A DNA stretch of 64,000 nt from Vitrella brassicaformis CCMP3155 (GCA_001179505.1 CDMY01000264.1:79671-143670); one strand, 5' to 3'; counted from the stretch's first letter, positions 11,980-26,100 are shown. Made by a program: numbers and translations. Notes: generated by a model not told the origin, from the letters alone.

Positions 11980-13770
11980 ATGGAGCGCCTGTGTCCGTCC
12001 CGTCGAGTTTTCGCCTCGTCATTCATGTCATCAGCCGGGAGTGCTCGGCGGCGAGTGAGATGCTTCTCGTCTTCTGTGAACTGCACACGGTTCCTCTCAG
12101 CTATCAGCGCTCGACGGCAGGTGACAAACACCAACGACCTTTCATTCATTCGTTCGCTCACCTCGTCGTCCGTGTGGCCCTTCCTCTCTGGCAGCCGTCT
12201 GCGATTCGGGCGCTCCAGCCGCTGCTAGCGATTCCCGGAATGATCTCTCTAGGCGGGGGAATGCCCAGCGCCTCGCAGTTTCCCATTCAGTCGATTGCCG
12301 TAACGCTCAAAGATGGCGCTCAGATCGAACTCGACAACGTGGAACAGCTGCTGCAGTACTCTCCAACGAAGGGCTTGCCACGGTGGGTGTGAGGGAGAGA
12401 GAGAGCGAGGCACAAGTGTATCTGTTTCCGTCCAAATGAATCGCCTGTGTGTGAATATGTGTTGTGTGTTTTGTGTTTGTGTGTGTGTGTGTGCGTTTCA
12501 GGTTGGTAGAGCACCTGAAGTTGCTTCAGGCGCGTGAGCACGGGAAGGACCCGGGCAGCTTTGACTTGTGTGTGACGACGGGCAGCCAGGACGCCCTCAC
12601 CAAGACGTTTGAGGCGCTGCTGAACCCTGGTGACCCCATCCTCATAGAGTCGCCCACATACAGCGGCAGCCTGGCCTTCCTGGAGCCTTTTGGTGCTCAG
12701 CTGGTGGAGGTGCCCACCGACCACGAAGGCATCGTGCCGTCGCTGCTGCGTGACATCCTGGCGAGATGGTCGGGCACGCCGCGGCCGAAAGTCCTTTACA
12801 CGGTCAGTGACACACACGAATATTGATGGATAGTCTGCTTGCGTCGTGAGATGTGTGTGTGTGTGCGTGTGTGTGCAGATTCCGACTGGCAGCAACCCCA
12901 GTGGCGCCACAATGAATGTCGAGAGGCGGCTGCAGCTCCTCGAGATCGCAAAAGAGTTCGACCTGTTTATCATCGAGGTACGCGAACGTGCTCACCCACT
13001 GCACGATACATGCAGCCGACTCACTAGATGCGTGTGTCGACTTCTGCCCGCCTTTGTTTGTTCAGGACGACCCCTATTATTATCTGCAGTTTTTGCCTTC
13101 CCGGCTGCCCTCCCTCTTCTGTCTCGACAAGGACGACGGCCGTGTGGTTCGCCTCGACAGCTTCTCTAAAATCGTCAGTGCCGGCCTGCGGCTCGGCACA
13201 GCCACCGGACCCCGGCAGCTCATCGAGCGCATCGAACTGCACACCCAGGCCACATCGCTGCACACATCCGGCCTCTCCCAAGGCCTGTTGCTGGCACTGT
13301 TTGACCACTGGCGAAGGCAGCATGATGGCCAGCCAGAAAGGGGATTCCAGGATCACGTCAAGGGCGTTGCCGAGCACTATCGCACCCGGCGCAACAAGTT
13401 GGTCGGCGCAGCGAAGATCTGCCTGGGCGAGACCAACGACAAAGTGCGCTTCAGCCTGCCGCTGGCCGGGATGTTTCTGTGGATGGAGGTGTGTGTGCCG
13501 GGTGTGGATGACACCACTGAGCTGATCAAAAGCAGGGCGGTCGACAAGAAGGTGCTGCTGCTGCCGGGGTCAGCTTTCTATGCCACCAAGACAGCACCAC
13601 CTGACACACAGCAGCAGAAGGTGCGCAAGTCGCGGCAAGTCCGGGCGGCCTACTCGACGGCTACCGACCAGGAGATGGTCGAGGCCATGAGACGCTTCAA
13701 TGACATTCTCTCGTCTGCAAATGCATCTCAGTCAGTCAGTCGGCCAACCGGCCACATCAGTCAGGCATGA
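11980..13770 (+). CDS. AADAT: Kynurenine/alpha-aminoadipate aminotransferase (PLP class I/II), probable mitochondrial presequence
   Basis: Spliced exons read ISARRQ|PSAIRALQPLLAIPGMISLGGGMP, LQYSPTKGLP, TTGSQDAL, PKVLYT|IPTGSNPSG, IIE|DDPYYYLQF and RLDSFSKIVSAGLRLG (PLP lysine). Confidence 0.92.
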
Positions 13771-14155
13771 CAATGGTGCTGTGCAGAATTAATGTGCTTT
13801 GTGGAAGGTCTCGATTTGTCGGTTGTGTATGAGTTGTGTGGAAGTTGAGTCGTGTGGAAGTTGACTTGATTGCATGAATAGGTTGACATTCGCGGCGCTG
13901 CCAACCACCTCCTTCGCACAGACCCTTTCGAATCAACCATCTGTTTTCACCACTGGCACTCGCACAGCCTACATCGGAGAGCCTGGGTGCATTACATGCA
14001 TGTACCCATCCCGCACACACACACACCTGTCTGTCTGTTTGGCTGCCTCTATGTGTGTGTCTCTGTCTGTGTACGTCTATCGCATGTGTGGATGGATAGC
14101 CGGATGCGCCTTCGTGAGTCGTTTCTTGTCACTGTCTCTTTCTCTTTCGTAGTCC

Positions 14156-17100
14156 ATGCATGATGACGCAAACGCACATACGGACACAGACAATGACGAA
14201 CACTTGCTAACGCTCACGCCCATGCAACAACAGGAGTGCAGGCGGGACATCAAGTCGTTTACGTCTTGGCCAGGTGTGATGATCGGAGATGGCCTTTCGA
14301 AGGTCTGCCTGCGCATCCGATGTGCGTGGATTGCCTACACAATGTCGTCCAATCGCGTATGGGGACAGTCGAGAATCCGATTCTGAAGACGCCGACTGTC
14401 CCTTGAGATAATTCTAGTGTTTTCTCTGACCCATACTGGCCTATTTTTTCGCCAGAGATGGCGTGAACGAGGGCATCCGGTCGGCCCGTGCATACTGCGA
14501 CCGGCGGAGCATTCAGGACACCACGCCCCAGGCGGGCTGGCGCGTTGCGGGATGGGGTCAAAGCTGCAGTGCATCATCATGCACATCACCGGGCAGACCG
14601 GCACGACCCCCCTGACGCTGACAAAGAGGGCCCAGAACCGTGCGCAGCAGGGAAAACAGCAGTAGGCAGGTCAGGGCGGCAGCGGCGGTCAGGCTTCGGG
14701 CCAGGCGTGTACATACTCGACCCTCTTCTTCTGCATGTGAGCAAAGAGAGGGGAAAGATGAGGAGGCCATCACTTGCTCTAACTCTTCGTTGTGTGTGTG
14801 GGAACGGTGGTGTGATGGTGTTTTCAGGGAGTTGAGGTGTCGCAAAATATTTGGTCTCATCAACTACACGCCGCAAGACACCGCACGCGTGTGTCAGCTG
14901 GTCGGGTGAGCCACACAATACAGCACATCACACACACATGCAAGCACACATGCCATGTATGTGTGTGGATTTGTATGTATCTGGTATCATCCATGTCAAA
15001 GGCGAGACGAACGAACACCCAGGCAAGCAACAAGGAGAGAGAGGCTGCAACTGACAGAACATGATGGGGAAGGGCGGATGAATGGTTGATGGTGTGGGGC
15101 TTGCAGGATTGCACTGTCACATGGTGCGACGAGATGTAGGCAATGAAGCATACGTCCCGCCACCGCCGTCAAATCGTAGGCGTCGCTGCCGCACGAGAAG
15201 GTGTTGGAAGGATTCATCGACTCACACCACAACAGCAGCTAGAGCAGCAGCAGCAACAGCAGCAGCAGCAGCCAGTCTTTGGCAGCAGTACGGCCATATA
15301 ATGGTCCTCATTCACCATGTCACACACCATGAGTACTACGAATACCATCGGGAGTGTGATGACGGCTCACTTGCTCTTTCCTAAGGGAGAGAATGGCAGG
15401 GCGTCGTCTACGCCTACACGACCGTGCATTTCTCCGACACCTCGACCAGTACCATCCCCGAACGTCACTCGGTGACGTATGTGTTGGCGATTGCGTTGTC
15501 CGAGAATGACGAACCCCACAGGTAAGCGGAATGGGGGTCAGTGAGTGATTGACGGTGGAAGATGGGTCGGTTGCTGTTTGCTTCCTCTTTCTTCTTTTAG
15601 ATTCTACCAGTGGTCGGGGCCGATCGCTCGCCTCATCACTGCTTACATCCCTCCCGGCCTATTCATCGGGTTACCCGCATAGCAGTGGAACAAAATTGCC
15701 GAGTACTTAGTCGCGTACAAGGCTATGTGCCTCTTCAAGAACCAAGTGCTCGACACCAATCAGGTAAGTCAGACACCCTCATAACATTGTAATCCGTGTT
15801 CATTCGTTGTTTCGCGTGCCCCTGCATCTGATGGTCCGAGTGGTCATCCATACGCTAGTCCATGATGTCTCTCCTGAGTGGATTTCTCAGCATGAGCCCC
15901 TAGGTCTCCCACTGCTAGGCGTGCCCTACAACGGCCGGAGCTTCGACATCCACAACGCAGAGGTGTATGAGCTGAAGGGCGACCGCTACTTCAACCCAAA
16001 GAGACAGCTCGTCGAGTTGCACTCAAAGTCGGCCTCCCTTAAGACACAACACACAATAGTCTGCCCACAGATAAGTAAATGTGAATGTGTGCATTCTTTT
16101 AGGTGCCACCCTTGCTTTGCGGTGTGGCGGATGCAGCTCCGCTATGGCGAGAGTGGCCGTGACCTCTACAATCGTACTCCACACGATCAGTCACATACAC
16201 ATACACGTCCCTCGGTGTTGCCAACATCAAACGGGGAACAGGAGACAGAGAGTGGGAGGTCTCTAAGAGGGCACGCTCAGCCCGCATCAGCATCATCGAA
16301 TGACCGTGCAATTGCGACCGTGGGCGGCGGTCAGATGGACTTCGAGTCATCGGAAGACTTCAAGATGAGTCACATCAGGTGCTGGTACAATGTCATGTGT
16401 GCTGTTTTGCAGCGCTATTCGACAGACTCCAGATCCCTATCAGCTTTATGCCGGTTCTCACCGGCCCCCCCCCTTCGCTCGACTCCTCCATACTCTCTTG
16501 GTACGTCTCTTGGTCAAGGGCATCGGCGCGAAAACCTTATGCATGATCGCTCTGGTAGACGATCATGGAATGGCCTCCTCTTATTCACACAGCTCTGTCG
16601 TTGTTCTGGGTTGTCTTCAGTTGTTCGTCTTTAGACGAACGGACAGCATCTGAAAGACGAAAACAAACTGGGCGGGATCTATGTGCCCTCTCGTTTGGCG
16701 TTTCAGTCCTCGGCGGAGATGGGTTTGCAGCGTAAGGAGACTCATAAGAAGACGCGTGATGTTGTGTGTTATGTGTCACCCCTTTCAAACCGGCATGTGG
16801 TGTAATGCAGCGCAAGTGCAGGACCAGCACATGCTCCGCTTCTTGCTCGGCAACTACAACAAAGAGGCAAAGCAACTGCACGACAACGGAACAATATCAA
16901 CAATATCGCCGAGAAGATTGTAAAAGAGTTCTTAAAGAGCAGAACCGGTCAGATAGCACTGGAAGAATGATACATGTAGACTGATCATATGTTCTGCGTG
17001 TGTGTCTATGTGTACACAGGACCGGCTTTAGTACGCCATCAGGCTCCTGGATGCTAGAAGGAAAGCATTCATTGTCAAGATGGCTGAAGTGCAGATCGAA

Positions 17101-17330
17101 GAGGATGTGAAAAGCTCAAGACCATAAGGCTTTTCTACTTCACAGAGAAGCTACACGACATCCGTAAGGAAAAGGACTCGTGCAAAAACGAAGTGCGAGC
17201 CATTGATGAGAAAGGTACGTGTCGGTGTGAAGGGGGAGAAAGGTACGTGTCGGTGTGAAGGGGGAGAAGTGTTCATCGTGGACCTCGTTTTGCAGGCCTC
17301 AACCTCCTTATTGACGCGACAAAACCTAGG
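14156..17330 (+). other. Unresolved region with fragmentary exon-like pieces (hypothetical or decayed gene)
   Basis: Short protein-like stretches with splice signals (e.g. KLHDIRKEKDSCKNEVRAIDEK; YAIRLLDARRKAFIVKMAEVQ preceded by an in-frame TAG). No continuous model and no recognisable domain. Confidence 0.2.
17208..17268 (+). repeat. Perfect 28-bp tandem duplication (GAGAAAGGTACGTGTCGGTGTGAAGGGG x2) containing a splice-donor-like AG|GTACGT
   Basis: Units at 17208-17235 and 17236-17263, read directly. Confidence 0.95.
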
Positions 17331-17885
17331 AGCATGAGTAAATAATCACGCACATAGATGCGGAAACAAGATCATACGGCTGTGCACTCATTCTTCTTCT
17401 GCGCAGTGACGGTGATTTCAGGCGACCGGAATGTCGAACGAGCCGGTCGCGACAATGCAATGATTTGTCTCCTATTGACCCTCCCACAGAGGAATGAAGC
17501 AATGGATTCATCATAGCTACAAATAGACATCCATTATAGCGTCTCATACATCCAAGTCACGGCTACCCTCTCCCCCTCCGTAGTTTTTCTATGAGTGCGG
17601 CGCGTGCTTATGTCTGTTTGCTTATGTCTGTTTGCATTCATGTGTCTGAGTGTGCATCTGGGTGTGCACGTTTGTATGTGAGGGCACAAAGAGACCTCTT
17701 CGATCATTGACATGAATTGTTCAAAACCATATACACATTGCGAGAGCCGGGTCAGTTCACCACATCAGAAGGCAACAGCACATGTGAATTAAGCAAATGT
17801 GAATTGTACATATCCACAAACCGACACGCATGTCTCTTCTCAATTGTCAAAATAATGCTTTGCACGCATATGAATTGTCGGCCCT

Positions 17886-19958
17886 TTACGAGCCCCAGAA
17901 TCGGAAGAATGAGGTCTTCTTGGGCTTCTCCTGGCTGCTGTGCTCAGCTTGTAGATCCACCAGGCGCACCTAAATTGGATACACATTACATGCACACGCC
18001 CATGCCATGTGAGTGCATGCCGTCTGCAGGTGTGTACCTCTAGGTCAGCCACGAGCGTCGCATAGGTCCTCAGCTGCTCCCTCGTCGTTTCAAAGCGGGC
18101 ACGCACGCGGTCCATCTGGATAGGCATAGATTAAATCATGTGTGTCTGTGCGTAGGCGTATGTGTGTATGTGTGTGCGCGGCATCCACACAATTCACTCA
18201 CCTGTCTGTCCCGTTCCGTTTCGCTGTTGGCCAGCTCCACCTTGGTGTTGATCAGCTCCTGCATATGCGTGCACGGCCACACACACACATCCATCCATCC
18301 ATCCACCCATCCATCCATCCATCAGGCCACTCACCTCTTCTAGCTCGAGTATTCTGGCCGCCAGATTCCTCTGCTGCATCTCGTTGTCACGCGACATGGT
18401 CTCCAGCTTAGCCATCGTCGACGGCCTGCATACACACATGCATTCGTGTATGTGTGCGCTTGTCTTGTGGATGCATTGCATGCGTGCCGTGGTCGGTCGG
18501 CGAGCTCCTGCTCCAGCTCTTGCAGGCGATCCTTCAGTGCCTTTGTCTGCACGTCAAGTAACGGACACACACACTCATAGGCCAGCTGGGCACACTTGAT
18601 ATGATGTGCAGGTATGTGTGTGCACCTCTCTTTGCAAAGTGGTGACTTCAAGCTCGTTCTTGCGGCGATATCCGACTGCCTCGTCCTAACACACACCACA
18701 CCACACACGTATTCATAGCTCGTGTGTGGTGGGGTGTGTGTATGCGTGGCTGTCGGCGGCACTTGCCTTGAGGACTCGTTTCTCCGCCCTGTGTGTGGCC
18801 ATGTCGGCCTCCCTCTCGCGACGCAGCGCGTCACGCACCGCTGTCAGCTCACTGACCTGACCAGTGCCGCACACACACACACAAAGACAAGTGCTCACAC
18901 GCATTCACGGATGGCCCTTGTTGCACACATCACACATACATACCTCTTGCTGCAGGACTTGGACCTGCTGCCCCAGTCCCTCCTGTGTGTGGTCCTGTGA
19001 GCTGATGGCCAGACGCAGACGCGACAACTGCACACACATCCATCCATCCATCCATTCATTGAATATGTGTGCTTGGTGTGCTGTGTGCGGCTTACGTCCT
19101 TCTCGAGCGCTCTGCATTTCTTCTCGAATTCGTCGCGCTCCTGCTCGATGCGCGCACGGTCGTCCTGCACACATGCACACACATACACGCATGCATTCAG
19201 GTGCGTGTGTGCACTTGTGTGTGAGTGAGCATGCACACACACGCACCTCCGTCTCTTGCGCACGCTTCTCGCTGCATGGAATTGACACACAGAGGAGTGC
19301 AATCGTCCATCCATCCTTTCACCCTTTCATCCATTCTGTGTGGTGCGTGGGGTTATGCGTACAGCATGGTTTGTCTGAGCTCGGACGAGCGGCGGAGCGC
19401 TGACAGAGAGGCCTGCATTCAGTGGTCCATCAGTGTGCGAGTGTCTGTGTGGGGTGTGTGTGTGTGGAAGGTGTGTGTACAATACCTGGAGCTCTTCAAT
19501 GCGCTTTTCGAAATCCTGTCTGAGGCGCGACGATTGCTGTCAGTCAACACACACACACACACACACACACACAATGCAGCGTCATCCAACGGATGCGTAT
19601 TTACCTCTTCTCGCTCGGAGATCTCCATCTCAGCTCTCTCCAGCTTGTGCTTGGTCGTCCTGCAGATGTGTGTGGGCATTTATCCAATCATCCGTGTGTG
19701 TGTTTGTGTGTGTAAGTGTCCTCACTTGAGTTCATCTCGCAGGACGTCCGCCACGACAGACACGGCACTCTTTTGGCTGATGGACAAATTCTACACACAC
19801 ACACGCAGAGAGAGAGACTGAATGGATGGATGTGTGTGTGCGTGTGTGTGTGTGGCTGACCGAGTCGAGGTTTTCCTTCTCTCTCCTGTCGACCTTCATC
19901 TCGTCCAGCTGATGGGCCAACTCGCGGATGCGCTCATCCTAAACAAGACATACACACA

Positions 19959-19990
<32 letters not shown>

Positions 19991-22813
19991 ATCACACGCG
20001 TCGATTGATACCACACGTGTGTTCCTACCTTCTCGGCGATGAGCTGTTTGTGTGCTGCTTCATCCTGTGTGATAGATAGATAGATAGATGGGCTTATGCT
20101 TGTGTCCGTGTCGGTGTGAGCATGCTCATCGGTGTGCGCGCATATATACTTGTTTGAGTTGTTTTCTGGCCTTGTCCAGCTCCGTCTCATACCGAGACAG
20201 CTCCTTGCTGCTCACAAGAGGCAGGCAGACAGACAGACTGACACGTACAGACACACGAGACACATACGGTCGTAGGCACCTGTGTGCTTCCTTGGCCTTG
20301 GCCATTTCCTCGTAGGCAGAGGCCAGCTGGTGCTCCAAATCCTTGATGCTGCACGCCATCCATCCATCCATCCATCCATCGTGCACATAATCGTCTGTGT
20401 GGATGCCTGCATACCGTTGTAAGAAGATGGAGACCTCGACCTCGCCGCCCTCCTTGCCCCGCTGCTGGTAGATGGGCTTCTGCTCTATCATGCTGCCGTC
20501 CCACCCTGAGGCAGCCTGCTGTGTCGGCTCCTTCTTCTCGAAGTTCCCTGTCTGCGCCTGCAGACATTCGCATGTGGATGGATGGATGTGTGGGCGCGTG
20601 TGTGAGTGTGACCTTGGCGAACGAGACGACGCTCGATGGGCTCAGTGACGGGCGATCTGGGGTGTCGGACACACTTGAATCCTTCACACACACACGTATG
20701 CGGCAACGAGCAATGGCGCTGTGCGCTGGCAGCAGCACAGGTACCCACCTTCGGTCTTGAAACGGCAACAGGCGGCTGCAGGAAACCTGCACGCAAATTA
20801 TTTCATTTCACCCGTGCAACCATTTTGAGTGAAGAGATGAATCTGTCCCGAGTGCCACTCTGTTACTGCCGTCAGATGGCGAGGTTTCCTCAATCACCGG
20901 AGGCAGCCTCTTGTTGGCCTCTTGCTGCTGCTGCGCCCTGGGCGAGTCGAGGCCGAATGAGGGAGAGTGGCCATAACCTCCCTGTGTGTGAATGTATTGC
21001 AGACACAGAGACAGACACGCATGGATCTATGGATCTATGGATGGATCGATGGATGGATGTGTGTGTTTGGTCAAGGGGAAAGGGCACCTTGAACGAGAAA
21101 GAAGGTGAAACCGGGCTGCCCCCACTGACACACACAGACAGACAGACAGACGGAGGAAAGGGAGAGGGAGAGGGAGAGAGTGTGTCCATCCACACACGTG
21201 TCTGTGTGAGCGTGTGTGTGTGTGTGTGCTTGCCCGCTGCCGCTGATGTTCAGGTTGACCTCTGACCCTACAGCACAAGGGATGCATTGATTGCATCGGT
21301 GTGTGTGGGTGCGGTTCCTGCCTACCACTGGCGCCCAGGTCGACGTTGCTCATGCCGCTCAGCAGCGACATCGAGTCGTCATGGTCAGTGGCGCCCAGGT
21401 GCACACAGCCGATCGTGAAGTGAAGCTGCATTCCATGAGCACATCGACACACCACAAACCACACACCACACACCACACACACGGACGATTTGTGTGTCTG
21501 GACGGACATACAGCCGGCTGTGTGTGCGTACATACCTGTGCGTCTTTGTCTCTACACTTGGCCAGTGGAACGGACACCTCCTTCACTGCACACATACACA
21601 CACATGGATGGATGGACGGATGACCATATGTCACACACATACACAAACGTGCCTGTTGGCTGTGCGAGAGCGACGGTGCTGCTGGCTGGGAAAGGGTTGC
21701 TCGCATTGGGAGCTGACACATGAACACGCACACGCGCACACACACACACACACACACACAGAAAGACGTAGACGGATGGAATGCGCACACGCACGTACAT
21801 GCGGCATCATTGGCCGTCTCCCCGCCCCCCTCCTCGTGTTGCTCGTGCTTCTCTGCGGGCGGCTGGATCACACCTACACACACACACGCACACATGCACA
21901 CACATGCCGCCCATGGGTGTGGAATATACGCGTGTGTGCGCACATACGTGGTGGCGGCACCGGTGCGTATTCGCTGAGGTCGAAACGGTACTCTCCCAGC
22001 ACTGCTGTCCGACCTGCACACACACACATGAGAAGGATGGCAGGCACTGCTTGACGAGACGAGACGAGACGAGCACATGAACGGATGCACACATGGAGCC
22101 ATACCTCTGTCCTTTTTGCTGGTGGAGATGACTTGTATGACGGCCTCCTTGGGCATGTACTTGTCCTGCTTGTCCTGGTGCTGGTGCTTGTCCTGGGGCT
22201 GCTTCCCGCCACCCTGTGTATACGTATACACATGACACACACCACACACACATCGCGTGGATGTCGGTGAATGTGTGGACGGAATGTCCACAGAACCGAC
22301 AGACCTTCTCGCCACCCCTGAACAGCGTCGCCACCAACACGAGCCGCTCCTGTGGGGTGTGGAGGAAACCAAAAAATAACACAACACAACACACACAATA
22401 TGCCGAAGACGCACGTGTCTGTCTGCATGTGTTTCATGTGTTGAGTGTGACGTGCCTGCATGCTGCACGTGCCCGTCTCCTTGCTGAGCGTCGCCTTCTG
22501 CCTCGTGGCAGACCGCTTCGGGCCTACATCAACGACAAATGCACCAATCCGATGCACCCTATTGAATCAGTCATACCTCTGATCCACTCGACGCGTATGT
22601 CCTTGTCCTCATCGGTCTTGAGCTCAACGCGATGCAGCGCCAACTCAAACCTATCATCACACAACACAAGTAATACACACACAATGCTCTTCGCGTGTGC
22701 AGATTGACTGACACACATCACAAATGCTTGTGCGTCTGTCTATGTGTGCCCACTTGCCTGTATTTCTCCCCCTCTTTGCCAATGTGGCGGGCCGCACGGA
22801 GAATGCGCGACAT
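17886..22813 (-). CDS. N-terminal C2 (NT-C2, EEIG1/EHBP1-type) domain protein with long coiled coil
   Basis: N-terminus [19 protein letters not shown]|[24 protein letters not shown]; [16 protein letters not shown]; [13 protein letters not shown]; [15 protein letters not shown]|[10 protein letters not shown]. Many E/K/R/L-rich heptad exons follow. Ends [11 protein letters not shown] (TAA 17886-17888). Confidence 0.8.
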
Positions 22814-22911
22814 TGTGGTCGCTGAATGCACAGGAACGGGAGCCCCGTGCGTAGATATACACTCACAGACGCGCAGGCCAGCTCACGCTTCAGGGGGGAG
22901 AAGGGAGAGCT

Positions 22912-22920
22912 GAGCTCGCA
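22912..22920 (+). promoter_or_regulatory. GAGCTCGCA motif ~100 bp upstream of the NT-C2 gene start
   Basis: One mismatch from the AAGCTCGCA promoter motif. Confidence 0.35.
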
Positions 22921-23160
22921 GTGAAGAAGCCGATTTTGTTTCACAGAGGGCCTTAAATCAACAGACCACTCCTGGCTTCTCCATTGCGGGGAGGACCGGG
23001 CAATGGAGAAGCGTCACAACACAAACGGTCCAAAACTCATATCGTAACACCACAACTTCACGATGTGTATACGCTGGTCTGCGTACTCGCGCACGCACAT
23101 GCACACGCTCACAAACGTTCAGACACGCGAGTGCAGCCATGGATTGATGGATGGATTGGA

Positions 23161-26100
23161 TCAGGTAGACGGGCTGTGCTTGGTGTGCTGTGCATATTTG
23201 CCGAGCGCCCAGATGGGAAACACATTCCGATACGCCTGCAGTAAAGCACTCATGCACATGGATCCCTCTGCGTCTCTGTGTGTGTGTGTGTGTGGCCTAC
23301 AGTGTATGTGATGCCGACAGAGCGGTTGAAGACACCCACAATGTTCTCCTGAGAACACACAGACAGACACACGCATACACAGAGGAATGCAATGCATGTG
23401 TCTGCCCCCATGCACACACACGTGTCTGTGCTGTGGGTGGGTGTGAGAGCGTACCTGTGGCCAGTCGCCGTCACTGGTCTGTCGCGACATGATGTACTGG
23501 GCGGCGAGGTTGAGGGCCTCCTGCACACCATGCCATGCACACACACGGGTGTGGGTGGATGGATGGATGGATGGATGCCTCATTACCTTGTCTGGACACT
23601 CTGCCTCGAGCAAAGCCAGCAGCGCCCAGGACGATTGGATCACCTGCATTCATGGACACATCGCATGTGCTCTGTCTGTCTGTCTGTCTGTCTGTCTGTG
23701 CAAGTCGATGCGCTACGTTGCTCTGACGGCTGGCCGATTCGCGAACAGGGCCCTGCATACACCCACACCCACAGAACGACTTTGTCTGTGTGTGTGTGTG
23801 TGTGTGTGTGCGGACTGACCTGGTCGTATTTCCATGTGGTGCAGCTCTCGAACGACTCATACCAGCCGCCATCGGCCCTCTGTTTGCTGAGTATCATGTG
23901 TACGCATTTCTGGATGGCCGTGTGGGAGGGGGCCACACCACACGCCTGCACAGCAGACAGACAGACACCCACCGTGCCCATCACATGCATCCCTCTGTGT
24001 GTGTGTCTGGGCGTGGCGTACCCTCAGCCCCTCTATGGCGAACCATGACGCATAGGTGAAGCACACACCCCAAGAGCCATACCTACACACACAAGCAGAT
24101 GGGGGCCTTTGCATGATCGAGATCTCTCTCTGTGGTTGTGAGTGTGTGTGTGCGTGTGTGTGTACCAGCTGCCGTCTTCCATCTGCTGCGCCAAGATGAA
24201 GTCACGCCCTCGCCTGTGTGTTCCATCCATCCATCCATCCATCCATGTGTGTGTCATGATGTGGTTCTGCTCACCTGATGGCCCTCTCTATGTCGCTGCC
24301 TCGGTACTCCGGACGCACACGGGAAAACGCGCCAAGGGCTGCCATCCGTGCAGTGCACACACACAGGGAGGCAATGTGTGAGAGTGAGTGTGTGTGGCTG
24401 TGTATGGCACACGCCCACCAGTGACACATGCGCTGGTGCATTCTGTGTAGGAGTAGTCGATCATGATGTCGCCAAACGACTCGCACGGGTTCAGCAACTC
24501 ATACAAAGGGGAACTGACACAATCCATGTGGGTATCACAGTGCGTAGAAAGAGAAAGCACTCACCCGCGCGTCGGCTCGTATGTGGCCCAGCCGCCGTCA
24601 CGGTTTTGCAGCGAAAGGATGTAGTCGATGCCTACACACACATGACACGCATCTGTCAGGTAAAACAAACGTGCGCGTGCCTCTGCGTATGCGTGTGTGT
24701 GCGTGTGGGTACCGACCGTCGCACATGCGTTCATACGGGAGGCTGCCGTCCTTGAGCGCGTCAACTTGCGCCAAAGCAATGGAACACTGCACGCACACAC
24801 ACACACACACGTGTGGGCCGCCCTTGGTACTCCCTGCGCCCACACTCACGTACCTTGATCCCCTCTGCCGTGCAGTCACTCACAGGCCAGTTCTGCTCAC
24901 GATGCACACACAATATTCACATCGTGGATTTACACAGAGAGAGATGTGTGTCCCACTCACCTGGTCGCCCACAGTGAAGGGCCAGCCGCCCTTGCAATTG
25001 TGGCGGAAATACTTGGTGGTCGGCACATCATGACACACCTGGGAGTTGTTGACGAACGCCTGTATCTTGCGCAGCATGGGCGTGTAATCGCTGTGTATGG
25101 GCGTGGACAAAGCCGCCTGTCACACACAATCACGGATTCATCCACACGTTTGCGTGCGTGTGAGCAAACACACGTACTTGGCACGCGAAGGCAGTGTCCC
25201 ACAGCTGAGAGCCGCACTGCACACACACAAGAAACAACACACACATCCATCCATCCATCCATCCATCTGTGTGTGTGTCACACACACGACGAACCTCGCC
25301 TTGCATCTTGATGCCGTCCTCTGCCAGCCACAGGTAATCCGCCAGCCGAGGTATGTGCTTCCAGTACTCATCGCTCTTGGGGTTCTCGGCAAAGCAGCAC
25401 AGCATGTTCAATGTCTAAATGATACGGAAACAATTGCAGACCATGTGTGTGCGTGAGTGTTTAGGTGTGTGTTTACTTTGTTGACAGGTCCGATGCAGAT
25501 GTAGTAGCTGAAGGCGTCTTCGTGGTGGACATACTCCATGGCGAATCGCATGCACGCACTCCTGTCACACACACAAGGACACACAGATGGATGGATGGAC
25601 GGACGGATGGATGGATGGACAGAAGCGCGTGCACTTCGTTGTTTTCTGACCGACCGGAATTTGCGCAGCGCACCGACATGAGGAACGACCCTGTACACGT
25701 ACACACTTGTGCAGATCCATGTGGCCGACACGGAGTGCTCTGTGTGCGTGTGTGCGCGTGTGAGTACCTCTCGTATACGGAGAGAAGTGAGATGAGAACC
25801 TTCATGGGCACTGAGCAACACACAGACGTGCTGATATATACGGGCTACACACACACGTATAGCTACCCACCGGCCACTTCCACATAGCAGTCGATGTCGG
25901 CCGACGGCGTCTGAAATGCACTCAATCAACGTGCCATGATCATGCAGATACCCATGTGAATAATGAGTCATAATACGCTTGCCTGTCTGGCTTTCGCCCA
26001 GTCGACTCGCTCATAGGGGCACGTGTAGAGCTCGGTCCGCAGTGACAGCACCTACACACACGTGCGCCCGCGCACACACCGACGTCACACGGGTGAGTCA

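Noticed and set aside
17605-17635. 14-bp tandem duplication TGCTTATGTCTGTT x2
   Set aside because: A short slippage repeat in a probable 3' UTR/intergenic region with no evident function.
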